DNA from: Porphyridium purpureum
Lineage: Eukaryota
Reading direction: 5' to 3'
Length of the DNA stretch: 64,000 nucleotides
NCBI GenBank assembly: GCA_008690995.1
Contig: VRMN01000002.1
Location: 1,116,001-1,180,000 of the forward strand
Numbering within the stretch: position 1 is the stretch's first letter; each line of letters begins with the position of its first letter. The position numbers and the translations under genes are program-made. Positions 10,362 to 22,420 of the stretch are shown here, piece by piece. A model generated the notes under the pieces. It saw nothing but the letters and a program-made list of their open reading frames with translations, made no database searches and was not told where the DNA came from.

Positions 10362-10385
10362 CCTTCACCGCCAATAAATAATCTG

Positions 10386-10414
10386 CTCTCTCTCTCTCTC
10401 TCTCTCTTTCTCTC
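10386..10414. repeat. (CT)n microsatellite just upstream of the Hint gene
   Basis: Direct observation of a ctctct... run. Confidence 0.8.
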
Positions 10415-12722
10415 GCTCGTCCTCCGCCTTTCCAGCTCCTCAATCGATTCACAAAGAAAGAAGAGACGAGCACTGTACCTCTTCTTCACAGATTTCCATG
10501 CACGGTGTACCTCCATGATTGTGAGGGCAAGCTCAGCGCGCACGCCAAATTTGTTGAGCTGAGACGAACGCTGGACGACCAGCTGCGGCGCGCGTGTCGG
10601 TCGCGACACGCAGCCTCCACTTTTACCTCCCTCGGCGATGACGGGCGTTAGTTGCCGCTATCGGCGACGTTACAGCGTGGGTATCTAAGCACGAACTCGG
10701 GGTCCATAATGCATCTGATACTTCAGCGTTTTCGGAAATGAGATTGTGTGTGTCTGACGCAACTGGGGAGTTCAAAGCAAATCTCCGTCATTGGTCTTTG
10801 TCTCTTCAGTACTTGACTCTAGCATACTCGTTATCACTTAGCTAGCGCTGATACATGTGCATACAATTGTCGTCTCGTTCTGCTTCACGGTGTCCGCTGC
10901 AGTGAAGGCGCTGCGAAGCAACTTTGGCGCCAAGTGGAGACGAATTTAGAGGTGATGCCAAGGCTGTGGGCTCGTGGAAGAAAAGTGACCGGTCAAGGAG
11001 AGACGACTGGGGACGGGGATGTGACTGGTGGCTGGGCGGCCACGTACGCGGGCGCAGGGATGTGAAATTGCGGCGGCTGCCGAACGGCAGTGAATTTAAA
11101 GATGGGACCTGTTGACGGAATACTGGCGGCCGTGCCGTTGTGCAAGGGGAGAGCGGTGTGCTTGATGCTGGACAACTTGTTTCGTGCGTTAGATTTGAGC
11201 GCCAGGGCACGTCACAATGGACATTTATCTTTTGGTCGACCAGAAAACTGCGTCTGGGTGCCCGCAAGCAGGCGGACGCCAAATGGAGGTGCAAGTTGGA
11301 CAGCTCGTAGCCATCCTTTGCACCGGTAGAGTTTCCGAGGAAAATGTCTTTCCCTTGAACCGTGGGTCTGTGAAATCTTCAATGACGAATTCGAGGGGAT
11401 AGAGGAGCTCTGGGAGAAACGCTCCACCGCCTAGTCGTTTCGGCTGAGCTCTGAGCAGGTATCTTCAATCTGCTGTGTGTTTTCATACCTGATGTGGAGT
11501 GTGCACCCTCTCTGATTCTTTGGGGCGAAGACGGACGAATGCCTGAAGAGATGTCGAGAATTAAGTGCTTTGGGCGTACGCCACACGCAAGCATAAGATG
11601 AGCTGATGCGAAGCAGTATCGGAGTTGGTGGGTCGGCGCGAGAGAATGAGTTTAATGACTTTGCGGAAAAACGTGTGAGGCATTGAAATGTCAGGTCTAC
11701 GTCGTCACGTGGCGAGGTATCACAGCGCGGAATAAGTAGAAGGTGCACGCCACAGACTCACAGGCAACTCGCGGGAAGGAAAGGCTGCATGCAGTCGCGT
11801 CAGGATAAGGTCCAAAGCGATGGGTGTCTTCACTGAAGAATGTCGAATAGAGGCCTTGCGGTGTTCAATCTTCTCGGATCAGTGGCAAACTCCCCGCACC
11901 AGCACTGCACACAAAAAGAAGAGGTACATAAAGTTGGCCGATCAACCGACCCGGATAAGAGTTTGGTGCTCGGCGAGACGGTCTGTTGGATGCGTGTTCG
12001 CGTTCCGAAGGAAGTGGGCAGGTCAGCGGCCTGAATAAAGTCGGTATCGCATGGCTCGACGAGGGCTGTGGCTTGCTCCCCGAACACCTGACGAAGTCTA
12101 TATGGCGCATGACTGAATGCGGACGTTCCTTTACGTGGCCGTCACTGCTTAATTCGCAGTCGAGGTCGTGCGCGGCTACTCGCCAGCTCGTATCGGTTTC
12201 GCACCTTCAACCCGGTTTCATCTAGCGGCTACACTAAAACAAGGTTAACTTGGCATGACGCCTCTGTCCCATAGCGCCACAGCCTGTGATTCGCGGATGC
12301 ACCAAGCTGCCTATCAAAACCACCGCGTTTGTGCGAGGTACAGTTACTAGTACAGCGAAACTTGGGCACGCTTCTGGTCCTGGTTGCGCGTGCCAGTCCG
12401 AACGCAACCGCTCACAGCCACAAACGACGCGGCGCGCCGTACCTGGTTTCTACTAAAACGCGGCTGTTTTACTAATGACTGAGACTCTGTTCGCTCGTGT
12501 GTGTGTGTGTGTCCAGTTTCGGTCCATCAATAAACAACCGATAATCGGTTGGTTGGTTGGGTGTAGGTGGGTGGGTGGGTTCGGTAGGTTTATGAAGAGG
12601 TTTGTGCGGGTGAAAGTGGGTGAGGTTTGGTTGGGGTGGGGAGGAGGAGGGCTTGGGGAGTCGGTGGGAGAGAAGAGAGATCGCGCGATGGTGGGGGTGA
12701 ATCTGGTGCGCGCGGCGTGGGG

Positions 12723-13850
12723 ATGGACGGGCGTGCCTGGCGCGCACGGCGCGGAATCGGGATCGGGGGCGGAGCACCGCGCGCCAGACGCGGCGAGCGG
12801 CGTGCGGCAGCCGCTGCCGTGGACCGCGGCGAGCTTGTGGGCGGAAAGAGGCAGCTGGTGGATGCGGCGCGCGCCGACCTTGACGCGCCGGCTCAGATGC
12901 GGGCCGGATCGGCCGTCGAGGCGCCGGCCAAGTGGGACTCGAGGTACTCGCACGCCATCCCGCACACCAATGAGTACTATTTGAAGTGCATGGTCGGCGG
13001 CATTCTGTCGTGCGGGCTCACCCACGCGGGTGTTACACCCTTGGATGTGACCAAGTGCAACATGCAGGTGTTCCCAGGTAAATACAAGGGACTCCTCAGC
13101 GGACTGCGCACCATCATGGCAGAGGAAGGCACCGGCGCTCTGTTCAAGGGGATCACGCCAACGCTCATCGGGTACTCTTTGCAAGGTCTGTTCAAATTCG
13201 GGCTGTACGAGTTCTTCAAGGATTACTACTCCACGCTTGCCGGTGAGGAGAACGCCAAGAAGTATCGCGGCGTGATCTGGCTCGCCGGGTCGGCCAGCGC
13301 AGAGTTTTTCGCAGATATTGCGCTGTGTCCTATGGAGATGGTCAAAGTTAAGATTCAGACTTCACCACCAGGCACTTTCCCGACGGCGACGGGAGCGGCG
13401 ATCGCCAAAATGAGCGAAATGAAGGCCGAAACCCGTTTTCCCTTTGGGTCTCTTGTTCCGCTGTGGAGCCGCCAGATTCCGTACACCATGGCCAAATTCT
13501 TCTTCTTCGAGAAGATTGTGTCGGCATTCTACACACACGTTTTTACGGAGCCAAAGGAGACCTACTCCAAGAACACGCAGCTTGGCGTGACGTTTGCTAG
13601 TGGGTACTTGGCCGGAATCGTCTGCGCGATTGTGTCCCACCCGGCGGATACGCTCGTGTCTCTGTTGGGCAAGGCTGAGAACAAGGGCAAGAGCGTCGGT
13701 ACCATCGCCAGCGAGTTCGGGACAATGAATCTCTTCACAAAGGGCATCGGGGTCCGTATCATCATGATTGGTACGCTCACTGGACTGCAGTGGTGGATTT
13801 ATGATACTTACAAGTCTACTTTCGGCCTCGGCACGACTGGTGGTAAATAA
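12723..13850 (+). CDS. Mitochondrial phosphate carrier (SLC25A3/MIR1 family); start uncertain (12723 or 12897)
   Basis: GGILSCGLTHAGVTPLDVTKC, GYSLQGLFKFGLYEFFK, SAEFFADIALCPME, PLWSRQIPYTMAKF, IGTLTGLQWWIYD. Confidence 0.95.
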   Translation: MDGRAWRARRGIGIGGGAPRARRGERRAAAAAVDRGELVGGKRQLVDAARADLDAPAQMRAGSAVEAPAKWDSRYSHAIPHTNEYYLKCMVGGILSCGLTHAGVTPLDVTKCNMQVFPGKYKGLLSGLRTIMAEEGTGALFKGITPTLIGYSLQGLFKFGLYEFFKDYYSTLAGEENAKKYRGVIWLAGSASAEFFADIALCPMEMVKVKIQTSPPGTFPTATGAAIAKMSEMKAETRFPFGSLVPLWSRQIPYTMAKFFFFEKIVSAFYTHVFTEPKETYSKNTQLGVTFASGYLAGIVCAIVSHPADTLVSLLGKAENKGKSVGTIASEFGTMNLFTKGIGVRIIMIGTLTGLQWWIYDTYKSTFGLGTTGGK

Positions 13851-15293
13851 AGTAGCTCAAGTGGGACGGCGAAGAAGTGCGTTGACAATTGCAGCGTAAT
13901 TTTTTTTATTTTTAAAATTCGAGTGCGCGAGGTGCGGCTTCGCTGCGCATTTTCCTCTGCTCTTTCCAACGTGAACCCCTTTCAACTCCTCACACCGCCG
14001 AGTAAGGCTGCCACCTGCCGAGGGATACAGGCTCGCGAGTCTGTGCGAGCATCAGGGTCGGTGACTCTGATTTAAGCCTCTTGTTTCGAGACTGCGCCTT
14101 TGGCGTCCCGCCCGAGTGGGACGTATGCACCTGCTCGCATAATGACTTCCCTTGCGGCGAGGGAAAACCGCCCAACATCAATTTGTGTGAGAGCGGTCCG
14201 CGTGCCGTCCGAGCGACCATGTGGTTGGACATGACGCGTTCTCACGCGCTCGAGAGGGCAGACGTCAAGCATGAGGAGGACGAGACTCATTCATGACTCT
14301 AGCGCTACGTTGCCGCGTACCCTACCCTCCCTCCGTTCTTGCTCGCCCGGCGAGGGCGCTTTGCGGAGAGTGCAGCGCAGGGTTGGAAGAGAGGAACGAG
14401 AAAAATGAAACGGGAGGTGCAGGTGGGTATCTTTAGTGCTTATGCTGCAGCGAAACGCGGCGGACTCGAATGCTGCTTGTACAGGCACACCGGTACGTGG
14501 CGACCTCGAATGGTGGCATCGTGGCGGCCACGTGGGGAGCCTTTCTGCGCGTACTAACTTGAATGCAGCATCAAGCTATGCTCGCGTCCGGACGCGAGTC
14601 TGGAGTGATTTGGAAACACAATGAGATGCTGGGCAGGACAACGTTATGCATTTAGGCCATTTTGGGCATGGATAGCCAAGCCGGCGCCGTGCCGCCACGG
14701 CGTGGAAGAGCTTGACACTGAAGACGGAGCGAAAAGATGAAGCTAGCCCTCGCTTCGAATCGCGTCTCGTTCTGAATTCGAAGTTGGTGACTGTTTTCAT
14801 GATGGCTTCTTGCGCACATAGTACATCACACGGTCTCTAGATGGACCACTCGCGCATGTCCTCTTTCTGTTTTGGCAGGATGAATCTGCAGACTTCATCA
14901 CTTTCGACCGTACGGCTCCCCCGTTGAAGTTGACGGCCTACGTCCGTGCCGGTGACTACTGGAAGGTGTTTGGTTTGTTCCTGTTCCGTACGCCGTCTTT
15001 TTGGTTTCCAAAACTGTTTTGGATGAATCTGTTCGTACCGTCCAGGTGTGACTGCGAACGAGGTGAATCCATGCCCGGATTCGAAACCATGCGAACCTAT
15101 CTGTCTTCGTGGCTCCCTTCTTTGCCGCTCTGCGCGCGGAAGACGCAAAGTCGGCTGTTCGAGCTGTATATAGGGGGGATGTTGCAGCTGCCCTGCAGTC
15201 AGTCGGAGCCGGCAGACCTGGGGCATGTGTGGAAAAGCTTCGGTACGTATGGGGAAGCAGTGGCATCTAGGACTCACTTCTTCTGAGAAGAAC

Positions 15294-16553
15294 ATGGCGA
15301 AGATGACCAAAACGACTAAGATGTCTACCGTGTGCTTCGTCGCTGTAGTGATCGCACTGTACGCACGAGCATCGAGTGCGGTGCCGGACGCAGGCTTCCA
15401 TATCTCGGATGCCGACTTTCGATTTCGCGAAGACGGCTTACCTGAACTACATGAAGGCATGAAGCTCTTTTCCATGCGTGTTGAGGAGCTGCCAGTTCTC
15501 AGTTCTGTGCGGGCCGAACATGAGTGTGACGCTGTGATGGAGCATGGGCAGTATGCTGACATTCTTGCCATTAAGGTGAGAACGGTCGCTCCTCAGGCCG
15601 GAAAAGAAGTATTGCTCGATATGTTTTCGCAGGCTTCACGCGTTCTGGGACGCGAGGACCTTGTGTGTGTGGAAGCGAGCCTGATGCACAAGCACGTTGA
15701 CGAGCTTGCGTTTCCAGGACTGAAGATGATGAGTGAGGAGGAGCAGTACGCCGAGTTGGTGCGCGTACTGGATGAGATGCGCCCCGACGTAAAGCAATTT
15801 CAGACCGAGCGCATGGAGCTGCCTGAGAGTGATGTATCCGAGCGTCTTGCGTGGTGGTCTTACGTTCCGACGGGAGAGACGTGGAACCCGAGTCCGTCGG
15901 TGAAGGCGCAGAAACCGATTGGATGGCCGGCATCGTTCAAGAAGTACTACGACGAGGGAGACGTCCTGAAGAAATGTCCGTGGGTTTGGGACAGGATCCT
16001 GCGCGACAACTGGTACCGCACGTCAAGCCCGGTCAAGTGCCCCGGAGAGTATGCAAGCCTTTCCGGATACGAGAATTTGAAGGGCTGTCGCATTCCACTC
16101 TCAAGGCCGTTTGGCTCTACAGATGAGAAGCATCGCTTCTCGAAGACTGGTATTCGGTGTGACGTATGGCAGTATGCACACGTGAAGTGCAGCATTACTT
16201 CTTTGCAGAGCTTCAACAAGGGGTGTCAAACTGTCGAGCAATACCACGAGTATGCCCTCTTCTATATCAAGAACCATATGATTGGTTCGTGGCAGAACTA
16301 CGGGTACGACCCCGAGGGCATTTGGTGGGGCGTGGTGTCCCAGCACTGCAACACCAGGAGCAAGTATTACGGGGGCCTGGATATGTGCGACTACTGGGTC
16401 AGCAACCGCGGCGCATGGCACGTTTACTGCGACTGGGCGCACGATCTGGTGGGCGGAGAGGTATCGCTCGGCGATGACTGCCTGATGACGAATGGCATTT
16501 CGTGCTGGAGGCAGCAGCAGTGCTCGCTCAACTACCTCAAGGGCGCCTACTAA
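15294..16553 (+). CDS. Unknown secreted Trp/Cys-rich protein, paralog A
   Basis: Hydrophobic signal (VCFVAVVIALYARASSA); ORF conserved with paralog B, with many third-position differences. Confidence 0.8.
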   Translation: MAKMTKTTKMSTVCFVAVVIALYARASSAVPDAGFHISDADFRFREDGLPELHEGMKLFSMRVEELPVLSSVRAEHECDAVMEHGQYADILAIKVRTVAPQAGKEVLLDMFSQASRVLGREDLVCVEASLMHKHVDELAFPGLKMMSEEEQYAELVRVLDEMRPDVKQFQTERMELPESDVSERLAWWSYVPTGETWNPSPSVKAQKPIGWPASFKKYYDEGDVLKKCPWVWDRILRDNWYRTSSPVKCPGEYASLSGYENLKGCRIPLSRPFGSTDEKHRFSKTGIRCDVWQYAHVKCSITSLQSFNKGCQTVEQYHEYALFYIKNHMIGSWQNYGYDPEGIWWGVVSQHCNTRSKYYGGLDMCDYWVSNRGAWHVYCDWAHDLVGGEVSLGDDCLMTNGISCWRQQQCSLNYLKGAY

Positions 16554-18509
16554 GGCGAGTGACTTGTCATCGAGGCATCCTATTTTCCGGGATGCTATCG
16601 GGTGAAATTGTCTGTCAGGTGATGTGTTTTTGTCTGTTGTTCTCTCCGTCGCATTCTCTTCATCTCTTCATCTCTTCTTCTCTTCTTCTATCATTCACCT
16701 GAAAAATAAATGAAATTGTTGGCCACAGGTCCTAGACGTTGAACATGGGCAAAGTCTGCCGACCATCTGTGGAGCTCTCAGTTGTGATGAGTGCTGTATT
16801 CATGACGCGGTTCTCCGGGCGTCTTGGGCGTTATCGCTCTGATGAGCTCGGCGATGATGAATGGCCCAGGACGAAGACATGTCCGAGCGTGAGTTTGTGC
16901 GTATCGAGCTGGGTTGAGCTCTGTCTGTGACAAACACGAAGTAATTTCCTGTTCTTTGTTTAGTGCCTGGCCGTCGTACCAGTCCACGATATGTGATATG
17001 TGCGAAACGCGCCTTGGTGAGCATACAAAGAAGAATGCGCTCCGCCTCAATCGCCTCTGGCTTGTTCCTGAGGCGATGAAAAACAGCGCCAGATCACATG
17101 TCGCGAAGCAGAGATCTGGGTGTCCAACGTGATAGCATGAAACGAGTACGGGACTGCGCGTCTTTTCTTGTGCTCGTCCCATATCGTTCAGCGACGAAAG
17201 ATGATTTAACACAAGGCTGGGCGTCTGGCGAAGGGCGCCAACTTTACTTTTTCGGGGACGCTCTCTGATGTGGTCGGGTCTCCTCGTGGCCGGGCAACGT
17301 CTAGAGCACTTTGCTTTGGTGAACCATTGGCCGCGTGCGTGCGGCGCTTTCACCCGGAGTGGCGGGATAAGTCTTGTCTGGGGTGATTGGCTTTCTGCAG
17401 TTGTTTTGCAAAGTTGAGACGCTGTCGTTGGCCCTGTTGCCGAACAGCTGCGGCGGGTGGTGATGTCGGCATCAGAACCTTACTGTGCCATTCGAGATGC
17501 GGGAAAAAAGCCCTGGCTCGCAGTTGGCACTCGAAGAGAACGGCCCACAGAGGAAGAAGTCGTATAAGCAACAGGGCGCGCTTGGAATCTGGACGTCGGT
17601 TGGGACGCGACTCGACAACCTCTGCACAAGGCAAGATTGCCTTCTAACGAACGGGTCGTATAGAATAACGTAGATGATGCCCTCTTGGTGCGCATTGAGC
17701 GTTAGATTTCCCCATTGCGCCTGGTCGTGTTGTGTCATGAAGGTGTGAATTCGAGACGCGCTTGCGTCCGTTCCGAAGGTTTGGATCATCTCTGAGTAGG
17801 ACTGCGTGCTGAATGGGGTGTTGCCCGTGATGAGGTCGCCGTGGTGACTCGTCTGATTCCACATATCGTAGGTCTGTTGGGCTCGCCGCATCTGTCAACC
17901 TTCTGGCGGAGGTGCTCGATCTCACGTTTGAGTCCCCGACCGGTCGCAATCAAGTTGGCGACCGACACATGGCTTCAGGCTGATAGGGAGGAAGGACGCG
18001 TGGAAAAGCAAGGAGATGACCGTGCATCCAATTCCGGTCGCGACCACAGCTACAAAGCCACGCGCTCCGTGTGCATGAATTTTGTGAGAGCCCGCCTCTA
18101 AGCTCACACCGGACGTGTTGATGTGGTCGCGACCGGTTGGCGTTGCAGCCTGTAGACTGCAAAAACTATTTTTGGGGGCGTAAGAATTCGCAAGGCCGCC
18201 AAGGCACGCGCGAAGACGGTCGCAAACGGCATCAACGCGACAAAATTCCGCTTTTTGTGAAGAGTACAAGCTTGCTGCCAATGCGGGTTGCGAGCGGAAG
18301 CCTCGCGCATGCGATCTTCCATGAAGACTTACGTGGCGCTACTCGCCGAGAAAGGGGCGCGGTGAAGGGCCCGGCATGCTCTACATAAGCGCCGCCGCGA
18401 TGAGCGTGACCGAGGCGAACACAACGTCGGTGTATGACCAACTGCAGAAGGCGCCAGGCAGGGGGAAAGAAAGAAACTAGACGTTTGCACGAGGTGGACA
18501 CAAGACAGA

Positions 18510-19751
18510 ATGTTAGTGAAGGTGTTGGCGGTGTGCATCGCCGTCGTAGCGATCGCGCTGCGCGCCCACGTGGCAAGTGCGGTGCCGGACGCAGGCTTCC
18601 GTGTCTCGGATGCCGACTTTCGATTTCGCGAGAACGGCTTTCCTGAACTGCATGAAGGTATGAAGCTCTTCTCCATGCGCGTGGAGGAGCTGCCAACTCT
18701 TGGCTCCGAGCTCCATGAAGATGAGTGTGATGCTCAAATGGACCATGGGCAGTATGCCGATGCCCTTGCCATCAAGGTCAAGACTCTTGCTCCTGAAGCC
18801 GGGAAAGACGTTTTGCTGGACATGTTTTCACAGGCTTCGCGAGTACTGGGACGCGAAGACCTAATTTGCGTGAAGTCGAGCCTGCTGCACAAGCACATTG
18901 ACGAGCTGGCCTTTCCAGGACTGAAGATGATGAGCGAGGAAGAGCGACGCGCTGAGATGCTGCGCGTGCTGGATGAGATCCGTCCCGACGTGAAGCATTT
19001 TAAGACCGAGCGCATGGAGCTGCCTGAGAGTGCTACATCCGAGCGTCTTGCATGGTGGTCTTACGTTCCGACGGGAGAGACGTGGAACCCGAGTCCGTCG
19101 GTGAAGGCGCAGAAACCGATTGGATGGCCGGCATCGTTCAAGAAGTACTACGACGAGGGAGACGTCCTGAAGAAATGTCCGTGGGTTTGGGACAGGATCT
19201 TACACGACAACTGGTACCGCACGTCAAGCCCGGTCAAGTGCCCGGGAGAGTATGGAAGTCTCTCTGGCTATGGGAATCTGAAGGGTTGCCGCATTCCATT
19301 TACGATGCCGTTTGGCTCTACAAATGATCACCACCGCTTCTCGAAGACTGGCATCCGTTGCGACCTTTGGCAGTTTGCGCATATGAAGTGCCAGGCGGAT
19401 GCTCCTTACAGCAACAATGGCTGCCAGACGGTCCAAGACTACCACGAACACAGCCTGTACTACATTATGAACCACATGATTGGATCGTGGCAGAACTACG
19501 GGTACGACCCCGAGGGCATCTGGTGGGGCGTGGTTTCGCAACACTGCAACGCTGCGAGCCAGTATTACAGGGGCCTGGATATGTGCGATTACTGGGTCAG
19601 CAACCGCGGCGCATGGCACGTGTACTGCGACTGGGCGCACGATCTGGTGGGCGGAGAGGTGTCGCTCGGCGATGACTGCCTTATGACGACTGGCATTTCG
19701 TGCTGGAGGCAGCAGCAGTGCTCGTTCAACTACCTCGTAGCTGCCTATTAA
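18510..19751 (+). CDS. Unknown secreted Trp/Cys-rich protein, paralog B
   Basis: Signal peptide MLVKVLAVCIAVVAIALRAHVASA; colinear with paralog A along its whole length. Confidence 0.8.
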   Translation: MLVKVLAVCIAVVAIALRAHVASAVPDAGFRVSDADFRFRENGFPELHEGMKLFSMRVEELPTLGSELHEDECDAQMDHGQYADALAIKVKTLAPEAGKDVLLDMFSQASRVLGREDLICVKSSLLHKHIDELAFPGLKMMSEEERRAEMLRVLDEIRPDVKHFKTERMELPESATSERLAWWSYVPTGETWNPSPSVKAQKPIGWPASFKKYYDEGDVLKKCPWVWDRILHDNWYRTSSPVKCPGEYGSLSGYGNLKGCRIPFTMPFGSTNDHHRFSKTGIRCDLWQFAHMKCQADAPYSNNGCQTVQDYHEHSLYYIMNHMIGSWQNYGYDPEGIWWGVVSQHCNAASQYYRGLDMCDYWVSNRGAWHVYCDWAHDLVGGEVSLGDDCLMTTGISCWRQQQCSFNYLVAAY

Positions 19752-20725
19752 GTGAGAGTGTTTTTGGTGTCGAAGTGATTCAATTTGTGAGCGATGGCTG
19801 TCGATCTCGGGAGCATGGTTTCTTCTCCTTCAGAAACATCTGCCCATGCTTCTGCTTTTCCTCATTTTCTCCTTTCTCTCTCTTCTCTGAATGAACTTGA
19901 ATTCGAATGAGCTATTTTCTGCATGAACGTGTTTCAACCTTGCGACGCAGCGTGGAACGAACGCTGTGTTCTTCGTCTTGAAAAGCAAGCCACTCCAGTT
20001 GACGCGATTTCGTTCAGACATCGCACAACACGTCGCGAGCATTTTTCAGAGCGCAGGTGATTCCTGCGGCGCTCTGTTCACGGTCCAGACGCAAGCGTTG
20101 TTGCAGCGCGTGACCACATGCCTCAGGGCCTGCTCCTCCGCCACGCACCCCACCACTGCCCCCCTCCTGTCCCCGAAACAAACGCGCACGCATGGAGCGA
20201 GCACCATGCACAGACTGCAGGTGTACCCAGACGTACAGAAAGTGAAGAGGTACAGTGGGTCTCAATCAAGGTACACTCTAATGAACACCTTTGCCTTTTC
20301 TCTTTCTGTGCCTTCCGCCTTGGCTTCCTATGAAACGGGTGCCATTCTGTGATGAGTTTGTAGAAGCGCGCTTGCGCGAACGCGCACGCACCCAGATTGA
20401 AGCCGACAGCGCTGTCCCGACCGCGAAACAGGTGGATGCGGCCGCACAGTGGGAGAGGGTGAAGAAGGGCGAAGCGAGGCATAGTGACGGACCGGTGAAC
20501 TCGACAGCGGACGCTCGCGCCTGCGCGCGACCCGAGTGAGTGCCCGGCGGCGCGGTGTGACACGCCTGCGCCAAGGCCGATTGAAGGTGTGGGAAAGGAG
20601 CAACGGGTCTGTGTGGGTTGAGGCTCCGCGTGGAAGATCGTGACACGCGTCCAGTGCGGCCCGTTGCTGGCGTGCCAGTGCATGGCCATCGCGCCGCTCG
20701 GAGCTAGGGCTCTCTCAAGTGGAAC

Positions 20726-22420
20726 ATGAGCGCCGCGGAGCCTGCGGAACCGGCGTCGACCGCGGGCTCGAGCTCCGCGGCCGCGAAAATCGCAAAGGCG
20801 GCGGCCTTCGTCCCGTCGCCGCTCTCGCACGTAATGCCACATGTCGGTGCTCCGTCGACGATCGACTCTGAAACGGAGAAGGACGGAATGGAGGCCTCCG
20901 AGAATGCGTACAAGACTCCGTCTCCTCGGCTCGCTCTGCAAAAGCCGCTGCAGGGTAGTATGTCCTCAAAGGCCGGCGCGGAGCATTACGATCCCATGCT
21001 GAATGAGAAGGTGGTCCATTCAACGGTGCCCGAAGAGCTGACAGAAGAATTCCCGATTCTGCCCGGGGAACTTCACCCGAAGAAGTTTGAAAAACTCAAG
21101 CTGCTGGGCCAGGGCGCGGTGGGCAAAGTCTATCTGGTTTATCTCAAGGAGCATAACAAGCTCTACGCCATGAAAGTTCTTACCAAGGAGGAAATGATCA
21201 AAAAGCGTCGCGTAAAGCACGTCATGACAGAGCGAGAGATTCTCGCCACCGTCAATCATCCGTTTATTATCAGCATGTACGCGAGCTTCCAGACCAGTAC
21301 CCGCCTGTGTATCATCATGGAATACGCGCAAGGCGGTGAGTTTTTCCGCATTTTGCAGACTCTTCCGAAAAAGCGGCTTCCGGAGGCAGCCACCATGTTC
21401 TACGCGGCCGAAGTTATCCTTGCGTTGGAGTACTTGCACCATTTGGGTTTCATTTACCGCGACTTGAAACCTGAAAACATTCTGATGCGGAAATCGGGTC
21501 ACATTGCCCTCACGGACTTTGATCTCTCGTTGCAGGGTGAAGCGATGGCACCTCTTTGCGTGGTGCGTCCAAATAGGCTAATTGACCGCGTCAAAGCCGG
21601 ATCCTTCTCGTTGAAGCGCGCGGGCAGCGGGAGCAAACTTTCTACTATGGATATTGTGGACCAGGAGCCTCGCATGCTCGTGCAGAGCCGGAGCTTTGTT
21701 GGCACGGAGGAATACCTTGCGCCTGAGGTGGTCAAGCATCAGGTGCAGTCGAGCGCCGTCGACTGGTGGACGCTCGGCATTCTGATATACGAAATGATGA
21801 CGGGAAGTACGCCGTTTAAAGGGCGCAGCTCGAATCAGACGCTGAAAAATATCACAGGAACAGACATACACTGGCCCTCGGATGTTCGCGCGAGTAACCA
21901 CGTCAAGGACCTCGTACGAAAGCTGCTTCAGCGCGACCCGGAGCGGCGGCTGGGACGGAGAGAGGGCGCGTCGGAGATTAAGCGAGAAAAATGGTTTGTG
22001 CATCACAAGATGAACTTTGACCTCATTCGCAACCAGCTCCCGCCCATCCTACCCAAAATGCGCGACCCTTACGACATGACGCAGTATAATCTGGATTCGA
22101 TGAAGTTTGACGATGACGACGACGACAGTGACGAGGACAGCTTTCGCGGCCCACATAATCTTCAAAGGTCGAACAGCGATCCTTCGCGGCCGTCGCAGCT
22201 CCTGGATGACCACGGGCAGTACACGTCTGCTCTGGTTGAGGACATTGAGGCAATGATGAACAGTGAGCACCCAGTGGAGAAGATCGAGACGCCTACGCAT
22301 GCCAGCGCAACACGTTCCAAGTCCAAGAGCCATGAGCCAGGCGGGAAAAGCCATGCGTATGATCCATTCGAGGCGTTCTCACTCACCAAGCTGCAAAGTG
22401 ACCTCGGCCGGAAATACTAG
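20726..22420 (+). CDS. AGC-family Ser/Thr kinase of the FPK1/KIN82/nrc-2 and phototropin-kinase type; no LOV domains
   Basis: LLGQGAVGKVYLV, YAMKVL, YRDLKPEN, DFD in place of DFG followed by an insert, SFVGTEEYLAPE, DWWTLG. Confidence 0.9.
   Translation: MSAAEPAEPASTAGSSSAAAKIAKAAAFVPSPLSHVMPHVGAPSTIDSETEKDGMEASENAYKTPSPRLALQKPLQGSMSSKAGAEHYDPMLNEKVVHSTVPEELTEEFPILPGELHPKKFEKLKLLGQGAVGKVYLVYLKEHNKLYAMKVLTKEEMIKKRRVKHVMTEREILATVNHPFIISMYASFQTSTRLCIIMEYAQGGEFFRILQTLPKKRLPEAATMFYAAEVILALEYLHHLGFIYRDLKPENILMRKSGHIALTDFDLSLQGEAMAPLCVVRPNRLIDRVKAGSFSLKRAGSGSKLSTMDIVDQEPRMLVQSRSFVGTEEYLAPEVVKHQVQSSAVDWWTLGILIYEMMTGSTPFKGRSSNQTLKNITGTDIHWPSDVRASNHVKDLVRKLLQRDPERRLGRREGASEIKREKWFVHHKMNFDLIRNQLPPILPKMRDPYDMTQYNLDSMKFDDDDDDSDEDSFRGPHNLQRSNSDPSRPSQLLDDHGQYTSALVEDIEAMMNSEHPVEKIETPTHASATRSKSKSHEPGGKSHAYDPFEAFSLTKLQSDLGRKY

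Noticed and set aside
10420..12450. ~2-kb gene-free interval, possibly a transposon remnant
   Set aside because: I found only short ORFs and no terminal repeats or transposase/RT motifs
12688..12897. Out-of-frame upstream ORF (..PLPWTAAS..) or a GC-AG intron giving a different phosphate carrier N-terminus
   Set aside because: It needs a non-canonical donor, in-frame ATGs already exist, and transcripts are required to decide
20118..20540. Small possibly spliced gene or uORF upstream of the kinase
   Set aside because: The splice combinations I tried did not join the frames convincingly and there is no recognisable motif
3..22420. Functional link between the P4-ATPase flippase and the FPK1-like kinase
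   Set aside because: They are about 19 kb apart with unrelated genes between; proximity is probably chance
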